Part shown: one piece after another, positions 1 to 7,765 of the stretch | Numbering within the stretch: the first letter of the stretch is position 1 | Layout of the letters: every line of letters begins with the position of its first letter | Assembly: GCA_050125095.1 (NCBI GenBank) | Contig: JASFEA010000089.1 | Location: 1-13,124 of the forward strand | Source: a bacterium | Lineage (GTDB): Bacteria; Arandabacterota; Arandabacteria; Arandabacterales; JALGWA01 | DNA length: 13,124 nucleotides | Direction of reading: 5' to 3' | Position numbers and translations under genes: made by a program | Notes under the pieces: generated by a model | Database searches by the model: none | What the model was told of the DNA's origin: nothing | What the model saw: only the letters and a program-made list of their open reading frames with translations

Positions 1-2
1 CC

Positions 3-266
3 AACCTGTCGGCGCTGGTGTGCTACAGGGGATACTCGAAGGCGGAGGTGCTCGAGTCCGCCGCGAGGGGCAGGCGCTTCCCGAGCGGGGTCACGCGTTT
101 CAGCGTTCCCAAGAGGGCTTTGTCGCTAAGCGTGCCGCTCACGCTGCTCAAGGACCGGGACTCGCTCGAGGGTAAGCAGGCCAGGGTGGACATGCTGATT
201 GAGAACAAGATAAAGCAGAGGAAGATAAGGTTCTACGAAGAGCCGACGTTCTATTTCGATGAGTAG
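3..266 (+). CDS. Partial (5'-truncated by window) ParB/Srx-fold protein, SbnI/SerK-like putative free L-serine kinase, C-terminal part
   Basis: The frame is open from position 3 (NLSALVCYRG...) to TAG 264-266. The translation 'YSKAEVLESAARGRRFPSGVTRFSVPKRALSLSVPLTLLK...IRFYEEPTFYFDE' follows the SbnI C-terminal pattern as I recall it (P-x-GVTRF...R-x-L-x-L-x-VPL-x-LLK...R-x-Y-x-E). The N-terminal catalytic part lies outside the window. Confidence 0.7.
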   Translation, partial: NLSALVCYRGYSKAEVLESAARGRRFPSGVTRFSVPKRALSLSVPLTLLKDRDSLEGKQARVDMLIENKIKQRKIRFYEEPTFYFDE

Positions 267-336
267 AGAAAGAGTAGCGCGTATGGATAGAGAGCAGGGA
301 TAGAGAATGTGGATAGAGACTATGAGCGAATAGAGA
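261..336 (+). repeat. Five dispersed GRRTAGAGA 9-mers in the purine-rich trpB2 leader
   Basis: GAGTAGAGA 261-269; GGATAGAGA 285-293, 298-306 and 311-319 (exact 13-nt period); GAATAGAGA 328-336. Confidence 0.8.
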
Positions 337-365
337 ACATGAACAGAACCGCGAGGAGGTAAGAA

Positions 366-1730
366 ATGGAACAGGTCAAGTTCACGCTGGAAGATAAGGA
401 AATACCCAGGGCATGGTACAACATCGTGCCTGACCTGGGCGGCCTGCCGCTCCCGGTGCTGCACCCTGCCACCGGCCAGCCCGTGGGGCCCGACGATCTC
501 AAGCCCATTTTCCCGATGGCGCTGATACTGCAGGAAGTGAGCCAGGAGAGACATATAGACATCCCGGAGGAAGTGCTCGAAGCCTATCTCGGCTGGCGGC
601 CGACTCCGCTGGTGAGGGCCAGGAAGCTCGAGAAAGCGCTCGGGACGCCTGCCAGGATCTACTTCAAGCATGAGGGCGTGAGTCCCACCGGCAGCCACAA
701 GCCCAACACGGCCGTGGCGCAGGCCTATTACAACAGGCAGGAGGGTGTGAAGAGACTGACGACCGAGACGGGCGCCGGGCAATGGGGCAGCGCGCTCAGT
801 TTCGCGTGCAATGTGTTCGGCCTCGAGTGCAAGGTCTACATGGTCAAGGTGAGCTATGAGCAGAAGCCCTACCGCAGGATCATGATGGAGTCATGGGGCG
901 CGTCGGTTGTCCCCAGTCCCAGCAGGGACACCAACGCGGGCAGGACAATACTCGAGGAGATCCCGGACACCACCGGGAGTCTCGGCATGGCCATAAGCGA
1001 GGCCGTGGAGGACGCCGCGACGAGTGACGTCACCAAGTACTCACTGGGCAGCGTTTTAAACCACGTGCTCATACACCAGACGGTCATAGGGCTCGAGGCC
1101 AGGAAACAGATGGAGAAGACCGGCGACTATCCCGACGTCGTTATCGGCTGCGTCGGCGGCGGCTCCAATTTCTCGGGTCTGGCGCTGCCTTTCATCAAGG
1201 ATAAACTGGAGGGCCGCGACCTCCGGGCCGTGGCGGTCGAGCCGACCGCCTGCCCGACCCTTACACGGGGCCTCTTCGCGTATGACTTCGGCGACGCCGC
1301 GGGCATGACGCCGCTTCTCCCCATGTTCACTCTCGGCCATAAGTTCGTTCCCCCTGCCATACATGCAGGCGGACTCCGTTATCACGGCGACAGCCCTCTG
1401 CTCTGCGAGCTGGTGAGGCGGAAACTGGTCGAGGCGCGGGCGTACGGCCAGACCGAGGTGTTCGACGCCGCAATCATGTTCGCCAGAACCGAGGGCATTC
1501 TCGCGGCGCCGGAGACGGCGCACGCCATCAAGGCGGCGGTCGATGAGGCGCTCGACGCCAGGAAGAAAGAAGAGGAGCGGGTCATACTCTTCAATCTGAG
1601 CGGCCACGGCCACTTCGACCTGGCTGCCTATGACGCATATCTCAGCGGCAATCTCAAGGACGAGCCGCTTTCAGAGGACAAACTCAAGCAGGCGATGGAG
1701 GATCTCAAGGACTTCCCGAAAGCCGAATGA
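366..1730 (+). CDS. trpB2: TrpB-like PLP-dependent enzyme, type-2 tryptophan synthase beta chain (TrpB2)
   Basis: 454 aa. SD GAGGAGGT at 353-360 before ATG 366. Motifs: PLP lysine [23 protein letters not shown] phosphate loop, HAGGLRYHG, and NLSGHG (TrpB2-type, versus SGRG in TrpB1). N-terminal IPxxWYN extension typical of TrpB2. No trpA adjacent. Confidence 0.95.
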   Translation: MEQVKFTLEDKEIPRAWYNIVPDLGGLPLPVLHPATGQPVGPDDLKPIFPMALILQEVSQERHIDIPEEVLEAYLGWRPTPLVRARKLEKALGTPARIYFKHEGVSPTGSHKPNTAVAQAYYNRQEGVKRLTTETGAGQWGSALSFACNVFGLECKVYMVKVSYEQKPYRRIMMESWGASVVPSPSRDTNAGRTILEEIPDTTGSLGMAISEAVEDAATSDVTKYSLGSVLNHVLIHQTVIGLEARKQMEKTGDYPDVVIGCVGGGSNFSGLALPFIKDKLEGRDLRAVAVEPTACPTLTRGLFAYDFGDAAGMTPLLPMFTLGHKFVPPAIHAGGLRYHGDSPLLCELVRRKLVEARAYGQTEVFDAAIMFARTEGILAAPETAHAIKAAVDEALDARKKEEERVILFNLSGHGHFDLAAYDAYLSGNLKDEPLSEDKLKQAMEDLKDFPKAE

Positions 1731-1820
1731 GCATAAGAGCTGATTAACCCAACAGCTTGGCAGTCCGGAGGGAGTCAGTAGGATTTGCCGGAATGCACGC
1801 GACCCGGGTGGAAGCGGCCG

Positions 1821-4793
1821 CTACTTGATCGTTATGATCTTGCGGGTGAGAGTCCCCATGGCCGTTTTCACCCGGAGGTAGTAAACGCCGGGCGCGACCC
1901 GCTGTCCTGCGTCCGAGTTGCTTTCCCAACGGGCCACCGCTCCGCCGTCCAGCTTGAGGACCGGGAGCTCCGCCACGAGCTGCCCGGTAACGTCGTATAT
2001 CGAGCAGGCCGCCGGGCCCGAACCGGCGCCCATCAGCTCCACGTTCACTTCGCCCGGCGACGGGTTGGGATAGACAAGCAGCCTGAGCGGCGACGCCGCC
2101 GGTCCCCGGTCGCCGGCCTTTCCCGAGGGTCTCAGCAGGAAGCCCTCCTCCGTCACGCTGTGTTTGCCGTGCGGATAGTCCACCGCCACAATCCTCAGGT
2201 AGTCGTTCTCGGTAACGAAGGACTCCGGCCCGAATTCATAGCCGGGCTCGGTAATACCGCTCAGCCTGAGCACTCCTTCGGAGAAGGCGGGGTCAGAGGA
2301 GATCTCCAGCTCATAGTAGCCGCCCTCGCCGCAGGTGTGATCCCAGGTAACATACATGCCGAGTTCCTCGGGGAGCTTCTCGATGTTGACATGCTGTGGC
2401 GCCCCCGGGGGCGGGGTCAGGCGTGTGAATGTGTAGGCCTCGAAATCGCTCACCCTCAGGAGCCCGGACGAGGACGAAGACGAGATCGATCCGGCAGTGG
2501 AGTCTATGGCGGTCACGAAGACCGTATGCTCTCCCAGGAGCAGGGGCGGCAAGGTGAACTGCCATCCCACACTCGTGCCGCTTCCTGTGATTGTGGCCTC
2601 ATCCCACTCGCCTCTCAGCCCGTCGACTTTGTAGAGGACCTTCATGATGCCGAAGTTCCTGGGAGTCCTCATGGATGTGGCGGTCCCCGTTAAGGTCGGC
2701 GTGGAGGAGTAGGAGATATGTCCTGCCAGCGAGTCGATTTCGACCTGGAGCCTCGGCGAGATCCTGTCCCTCAGTTTCATTATGCTTATGGAATTACTTG
2801 CGTGATTCGAAACATAGAGCTTTTCGAGCACGGGATCGTAGGCGCTCGCATGGGGCTCGTACCCGACAGGCAGGATCATAGAGGTCTGCGAAACCCCGTC
2901 GATCACCGTGAGCGTGCTCAGGTCCCAGCTCACGCTGTAGACCTTGTTGAGATAGGGGTCGACGTGGACTTCGAAGAGACCGATGTCACCCCTGATCGGC
3001 GTCCGTTCATATGTGTCGCCGTCTATGGCAATGACCTCGCCGTCGAGACCGCTGGAAGCGTAGATTGTGTTGGTCAGCCTGTTAATCGCCAACGCCCGCG
3101 GCGTGGAACCCGAAGGAATCACCCTGCGTTCCAGCGTCGTCCCGTCCACCTCGGAGATGGTTCTGTCATTGCTGTCCGCCACGAAGATCTTGTTGGTCGC
3201 GGGGTTCACCCTGATCTGCGTGGGCCCGGCCCCGACCGGGGCGAATGACGTGGAAAGAGTCGCGCCGTCCACGACCGTGAGACTCCAAGTGGTCCTGTTT
3301 GCGGCGTATATCCTGTTGTCCTCGAGATTGGTCGCCACAAAGCATGGGTAGTTGCCCGTGCGGACAAGCGCCGTGTCCAGGGTGGCTGCGTCTATCACCG
3401 ACAGATCGGCGGAGCTGCGGTTGGTGACGTAGACCCTGCCCGTGTTGGAATTGCTGTCTATCCCGTGCGGATAGGCGTGCACAGGCACCATGAGAGTGTC
3501 GGAGCTTCCGGCTCTCCTCACCGTGACCGCGCCGCTCCAGGCGCATACCACGTAGACGTCACCCGTCGCCGAGTCTATATGAAGGCCGTTGGGCCCGTCG
3601 GCCACCCGGAAGCTCGAAACGGCGTCCGTGTAGCCGTCTATGATTGTGGTTCTCGCCGTATAGTACCTCGGCACATAGACCTCGTGGTTCTTCAGGTTAA
3701 TGACCACGGGCCCGGGGCCGCCCGAAGCGTCCACCGTGGCGCCGTCGTAGTCAGCCGCCTCCAGTATGTCGACGGACGGGCCGTCAGGATCGGCGACGTA
3801 GCATTTGTTTGTTATGGGATTAAAGAGGCAGGCGGACGGGGCGCCGCCGACGTCTATGAGCAACGTATCCCCTGCTGAGGTTACTTCCGCGACCAGACCC
3901 TGGGCCGGCATTACCGCGAATGCCCGGTCTGAGAGGGCGTCCACAGCTACTGCCTGAGGCTGCCCGGGGAGGCTTGCCTTGAGCACGGCCTGTGTCGAGG
4001 TGGTCACGATCTCAAGGGCGCTGCCTCCGGCCGAGTAAAGCTTGCCGGTCTCGGTGTTTACGGCCAGGGCGACGGGGTTTTGCGTGAGCGCCACCGTGGA
4101 CGTCGTCCCCGAGTCGATGTCCAATACGGTGATGGACGCACCCGCCGAATTCGCGACGTATACCTCGCCGCGCTCGGGGTCTATCTCTATCGCCGCGGGC
4201 TCAGAGCCCGCCGCGTAATAAGAGGTGTCGGTGCCGGCCACGTCGAACTCGAAGATGAGGCCGGTGCTGGAGAGAGAGGCGAAGCCATGGCCCGTAAGAG
4301 GGTCGACGGCCACGGCTACCGGCGTGCCGTTAGTGATGAAGGTTCTTGCGACCGATGTGCCGGCGATTACCACGATTCTGCTCCCGGCGGGATCGCATAT
4401 GCAGGCGAGGCCTCTTGCCGGGTCGACCGCCATAGCGCCCGGGCTTCCGCCCGTCGTGACGGTGGAAGTATCGCCCGAGTCTATATTGATAAGGCTCACG
4501 ACGCCGCCCGCCGGCTGGGCTGCGAATAGAATCCTCCGGGCCGGGTCGATCGCCAGCGAACCGGCTGTGCCCGGTAGGTTTATTGATGTCGTCTCCTGGG
4601 TGGGCTCCTCGATCCTCAGGACGGTCGAGGTGCCCGTGGTCGCGAAGAGGTCTCTCGTCACGGGGTCCATCACGAGAGCGCCCGGGCTCTCCGCCAGGTC
4701 GATTTCGCCGGTCTGCCAGATCGCGCCTGCAACGGATGCATACAGAACGACAATCGCGGCAAATATGGGCGTACTTCTCACAAGACCTCTCAC
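1821..4793 (-). CDS. Secreted YVTN/YncE-type beta-propeller repeat protein with Ig/FN3-like region and C-terminal T9SS type A / FlgD-Ig-like domain
   Basis: Long ORF (track 1821..4808). Likely start is GTG 4793, after SD AGGAG. Signal peptide (IFAAIVVLYASVAGA). Many ~40-aa repeats such as 'P..IAVDP..G.VYVAN.....ITVID'. C-terminus YPNP...IYDVTGQLV...W...G..VAPGVYY...KIITIK. Confidence 0.88.
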   Translation of the reverse strand: MRGLVRSTPIFAAIVVLYASVAGAIWQTGEIDLAESPGALVMDPVTRDLFATTGTSTVLRIEEPTQETTSINLPGTAGSLAIDPARRILFAAQPAGGVVSLINIDSGDTSTVTTGGSPGAMAVDPARGLACICDPAGSRIVVIAGTSVARTFITNGTPVAVAVDPLTGHGFASLSSTGLIFEFDVAGTDTSYYAAGSEPAAIEIDPERGEVYVANSAGASITVLDIDSGTTSTVALTQNPVALAVNTETGKLYSAGGSALEIVTTSTQAVLKASLPGQPQAVAVDALSDRAFAVMPAQGLVAEVTSAGDTLLIDVGGAPSACLFNPITNKCYVADPDGPSVDILEAADYDGATVDASGGPGPVVINLKNHEVYVPRYYTARTTIIDGYTDAVSSFRVADGPNGLHIDSATGDVYVVCAWSGAVTVRRAGSSDTLMVPVHAYPHGIDSNSNTGRVYVTNRSSADLSVIDAATLDTALVRTGNYPCFVATNLEDNRIYAANRTTWSLTVVDGATLSTSFAPVGAGPTQIRVNPATNKIFVADSNDRTISEVDGTTLERRVIPSGSTPRALAINRLTNTIYASSGLDGEVIAIDGDTYERTPIRGDIGLFEVHVDPYLNKVYSVSWDLSTLTVIDGVSQTSMILPVGYEPHASAYDPVLEKLYVSNHASNSISIMKLRDRISPRLQVEIDSLAGHISYSSTPTLTGTATSMRTPRNFGIMKVLYKVDGLRGEWDEATITGSGTSVGWQFTLPPLLLGEHTVFVTAIDSTAGSISSSSSSGLLRVSDFEAYTFTRLTPPPGAPQHVNIEKLPEELGMYVTWDHTCGEGGYYELEISSDPAFSEGVLRLSGITEPGYEFGPESFVTENDYLRIVAVDYPHGKHSVTEEGFLLRPSGKAGDRGPAASPLRLLVYPNPSPGEVNVELMGAGSGPAACSIYDVTGQLVAELPVLKLDGGAVARWESNSDAGQRVAPGVYYLRVKTAMGTLTRKIITIK

Positions 4794-4806
4794 GGCCTCT
4801 CCTAAC

Positions 4807-4841
4807 AAAAAAACGCCGGGTCGGCATTGTTCCCGGCTTTT
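4807..4841 (-). terminator. Intrinsic-terminator-like hairpin in the 5' leader of the beta-propeller gene
   Basis: Minus strand AAAA-GCCGGG-(11 nt loop)-CCCGGC-G-TTTTTTT, immediately upstream of the SD. Confidence 0.6.
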
Positions 4842-4856
4842 ATTGCTCTCAGATAT

Positions 4857-4886
4857 ATTCTACTACATGAGGGGGCGCAATGTCAA
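4857..4886 (-). promoter_or_regulatory. Sigma70-type promoter for the beta-propeller gene
   Basis: Minus strand TTGACA (4886-4881), 18-nt spacer, TAGAAT (4862-4857). Confidence 0.72.
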
Positions 4887-4959
4887 GTCTGGGGGGACTA
4901 TTCCGGTGTAACGCAATATGTGGGGGGCTTCGGTCAAGGACTGGAAACCAGTTTCAGCC

Positions 4960-6330
4960 CTAGGAGATGAGCTCGGCCATGGGGTGCTCGCTCTTCTCTT
5001 CGCGGAGCTTCTCGGCGAGGCGCTTCTGACTGGTGATGTCTATCATCGTCGCCTGCACGCTCGGCTTGCCGAGGAACTCGATCCGGCTGGCGAACATCTC
5101 GACCCAGCGCACCTGCCCGTCCTTGCGGATGATGCGGTATGAGTAGCGCTGGTCGACCGGCTTGCCCTCGAGGCGCTCGCGGAACCGGCTCCATACCATG
5201 TCCTGGTCCTCGGGATGAACCAGGACCTGTACCTCGGAAGGCCTCATGCCCAGGAGTTCCTTGATCGTGAACCCGCTGAGTTCCGCCAGCGCGGAATTGG
5301 CGAATACGACGCGGTAGTCCTGTATGACCGCCACGCCCTGCATGGAGTACTCGACCAGGCCGCGGAATTTCTCCTCCGACTTGCGGAGCTCGACGGCTGT
5401 CCGCTTGAGCTCGGTTATGTCCGAGGTCACCTCCGCGACACCGACGATCTCCCCGGCGGAGTTCCGGACGGGGTATCCGTTGAGATGCCACATTCTGCCG
5501 TCAGGCGTGATTACCTCTCCGCTCTGCGGCTCGCCGCTTTCCAGCGACGCCCTCACAGGACATCCCACACAGGGCTCTTCTCGCTCATGCCAGAGCTCGT
5601 GGCAGCATTTGCCCACGATCTGCTGCGGAGTCATGCCTATGCTCGCGGCGGCGGCGCGGTTGCCCCATAGAATCTTCAGGTTGGGATCCATCAGGGTGAC
5701 CAGCTCGGAAACGCTGTCAAGTACCAGCGCCCTGACCTTGTCGACGTTTCTCATCACCTCGTCGCCGCGCTTTCGCTCTACGGCATGGGCCAGCGTCTGG
5801 GCCAGTGTCTTGAACCAGTTGATGTCCTCCCTGTCCCAGGCGGCCGGCTCCGACGTGGTTGCCAGCGCGAGCAGGCCGAGTTCTACCTCTTCGGGCTGTA
5901 AGGGCATGACCAGAAGTGTCTTTATCGCAGTAGCGTGGAGATCTTCGTGATAGCCGCGGGTGTCCATGGACGCATTGCCCATGTCTTTGATATATATTGT
6001 GCTCGACTCCTCCAGGGACGTCATCCAGGAGGTGAGTACTTCATGGGGGAGCAGGGTGAGGCGCGTCTGCCCGCAGACCTTCTCCTGGCTCCACTCATGT
6101 CTTTCGCCGAAGGTGGCGCCGTCGCCGGGCGCAAGGTAAAGAAGCCCGTTGGAGGCTCCGCTGAGCTTGCATATGTCCTTGAGCGAGCCCTTGATGGCCT
6201 CTTCCAGACCGGCGCGTCCGACGAACCTCTGGAGCATCCTTGTGAGCGTCCTGTAGTAGTCCTGCTCTCTACCCTCGAGATGCGCAGGCTGCATTACGCT
6301 TATTCCGGTGGAGTCGGTTTCTCCCAGCAT
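4960..6330 (-). CDS. GAF-PAS-PAS (PAS S-box) sensory protein without a recognisable output domain
   Basis: 456 aa. SD GGGAGG before ATG 6330. GAF-like region (IKTLLVMPL...LGLLAL...W..EDI..F). Two PAS/PAC domains (N.AA....G.....IVGK; FANSALAELSGF...HPED...RKDGQVRWV...DIT). No HisKA, HATPase, GGDEF or HTH motif follows. Confidence 0.88.
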   Translation of the reverse strand: MLGETDSTGISVMQPAHLEGREQDYYRTLTRMLQRFVGRAGLEEAIKGSLKDICKLSGASNGLLYLAPGDGATFGERHEWSQEKVCGQTRLTLLPHEVLTSWMTSLEESSTIYIKDMGNASMDTRGYHEDLHATAIKTLLVMPLQPEEVELGLLALATTSEPAAWDREDINWFKTLAQTLAHAVERKRGDEVMRNVDKVRALVLDSVSELVTLMDPNLKILWGNRAAAASIGMTPQQIVGKCCHELWHEREEPCVGCPVRASLESGEPQSGEVITPDGRMWHLNGYPVRNSAGEIVGVAEVTSDITELKRTAVELRKSEEKFRGLVEYSMQGVAVIQDYRVVFANSALAELSGFTIKELLGMRPSEVQVLVHPEDQDMVWSRFRERLEGKPVDQRYSYRIIRKDGQVRWVEMFASRIEFLGKPSVQATMIDITSQKRLAEKLREEKSEHPMAELIS

Positions 6331-6559
6331 TGTGCCTCCCCGCGGATGACTGTGACCATATTGAGGACATTATCATCCAAAATACCGAAGTCTGTTCTGC
6401 CCTATAGGAATTTCGTCAAAAACGCTGTCAGCCATGAGTTGTTTTTGCCGGCCGACGGGGAGCGGATTTCGGAGTCATTTCAGGTGGAATGGGCCGCGCC
6501 GGTTGTGGTATAAGCATTAAGCAGATACCGGACTGTTTCACTTATGCAAGGAGGCGGCC

Positions 6560-7765
6560 ATGTTCGCTGGCAAGAGGAAGTCGTGGTTTGGCTCGGCCCT
6601 TATCCCGCTTGTGCTCGCGGCCGTCATAGCCGGCGCATCGGGCGCCGCTCCGGCGGAGGAGGAGATACTGAGTCCAAAAATCGCAAATCTTTACAAAATG
6701 CTCGACGAGGCCAGGCCCGGCGAGATGGACGCCATAGTGAGCGCTTTCATAGAAGAGAACCGCGAACGTTTCCCCCTCGTCGAGGAGAACCTGGCGACGT
6801 TCGTTTACTATGGCCGGGTGGGGCTCAGGGTAACGGTGCCTTCCGACCTCAACCGCTGGGATACCAAGATGCACGAGATGACCCGGTTAAAAGACACCGA
6901 CCTCTTCTACCTCACGCTGGAGCTCCCCGGGGACGCGCGCATCGATTACAAGTTCTATGTCGATACCGTTTGGATGCTGGACCCCATGAACCCGGAGACC
7001 ATAACGGGCGGGTTCGGTCCCAACTCGGAGCTCAGCATGCCCGGCTACGTTTTCCCCGCCGAGATTGAGCCCAATGACACCATTCCGCACGGCACGATCG
7101 AGGTGCACAACTTCGATAGCAAGATAATGGCGAACTCCCGCAACATTCACGTGTACACCCCCGCCGGTTACGACGAAGGCGGGTCGTACCACACGGTGTT
7201 CGTGCAGGACGGGTCCGAATACATAAGCCTGGGCTCCATGGTGGACGTGCTCGACAACATCATATACCAGGGCAGAATCCCGCCCGTCGTGGCGGTTTTT
7301 GTAGACCCCGTGGACCGCAACTTCGAGTACTGGGCCAATCCCGATTACGAGAGAACGGTAGTCGAGGAGATAGTGCCATTCGTGCGCGCCAACTACGCCG
7401 TCGCAGAGGAGCCCGCGAGGAACGCCATCATGGGTGCGTCCCTGGGAGGGGCCATTTCGCTATTCATCTCCGCCGACCATCCGGATCTGTTCGGGAAGTG
7501 CGGCTCCCAGTCCGGCGCCTTCGGCCTCGACGGGGGCAAGCTCTACGACAAGATGGAGAAGATGGACAGGGTGCCGGTGGATTTTTACCTGGATACGGGG
7601 CTAATAGGCGACCTCGATACCGACAATGTTCGCATGAAGGATGTTCTCGAGATGAAGGGCTACAACATCTTGTACCGGGAGTTCAACGAGGGGCACTCCT
7701 GGGGTAACTGGAGAGCGCATATCGACGACATGCTCGTATTCTTCTGGGGTGAGGAGGCGAAGTGA
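6560..7765 (+). CDS. Exported alpha/beta-hydrolase (Fes/enterochelin esterase-like) with an N-terminal CBM48/E-set-like domain
   Basis: 401 aa. SD AGGAGG. Signal peptide (KRK + hydrophobic stretch + AxA). CBM48-like 'YKFYVD..W.LDP.NP'. Esterase motifs R.IHVYTP.GY, QDG, nucleophile elbow GASLGG, catalytic His in EGHSWGNW. Confidence 0.88.
   Translation: MFAGKRKSWFGSALIPLVLAAVIAGASGAAPAEEEILSPKIANLYKMLDEARPGEMDAIVSAFIEENRERFPLVEENLATFVYYGRVGLRVTVPSDLNRWDTKMHEMTRLKDTDLFYLTLELPGDARIDYKFYVDTVWMLDPMNPETITGGFGPNSELSMPGYVFPAEIEPNDTIPHGTIEVHNFDSKIMANSRNIHVYTPAGYDEGGSYHTVFVQDGSEYISLGSMVDVLDNIIYQGRIPPVVAVFVDPVDRNFEYWANPDYERTVVEEIVPFVRANYAVAEEPARNAIMGASLGGAISLFISADHPDLFGKCGSQSGAFGLDGGKLYDKMEKMDRVPVDFYLDTGLIGDLDTDNVRMKDVLEMKGYNILYREFNEGHSWGNWRAHIDDMLVFFWGEEAK

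Noticed and set aside
267-365. T-box riboswitch or classical trpL attenuator before trpB2
   Set aside because: Only 99 nt long, with no T-box motif, no terminator/antiterminator hairpins and no tandem Trp codons.
126-1613. Antisense ORFs over trpB2 (126..782, 1056..1613 and shorter ones)
   Set aside because: Shadow ORFs of a well-supported gene in high-GC DNA, with no recognisable motifs.
1731-1820. Terminator between the convergent trpB2 and beta-propeller genes
   Set aside because: Only weak stems (AGCTG/CAGCT) and no U-tract on either strand.
1785-4911. Plus-strand ORFs (1785..2693, 2718..3248, 4225..4911, etc.) opposite the beta-propeller gene
   Set aside because: Antisense shadows with Arg/Gly/Pro-biased composition and no domain signatures.
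4934-5491. Alternative-frame ORF as a frameshifted continuation of the PAS sensor
   Set aside because: It stops at 4934 and encodes no kinase or other output motif.
6331-6559. Divergent promoters between the PAS gene and the esterase (TGGTATAAG on plus; GATAAT on minus)
   Set aside because: Promoters are expected here, but I found no well-spaced -35/-10 pair, so I did not assign coordinates.
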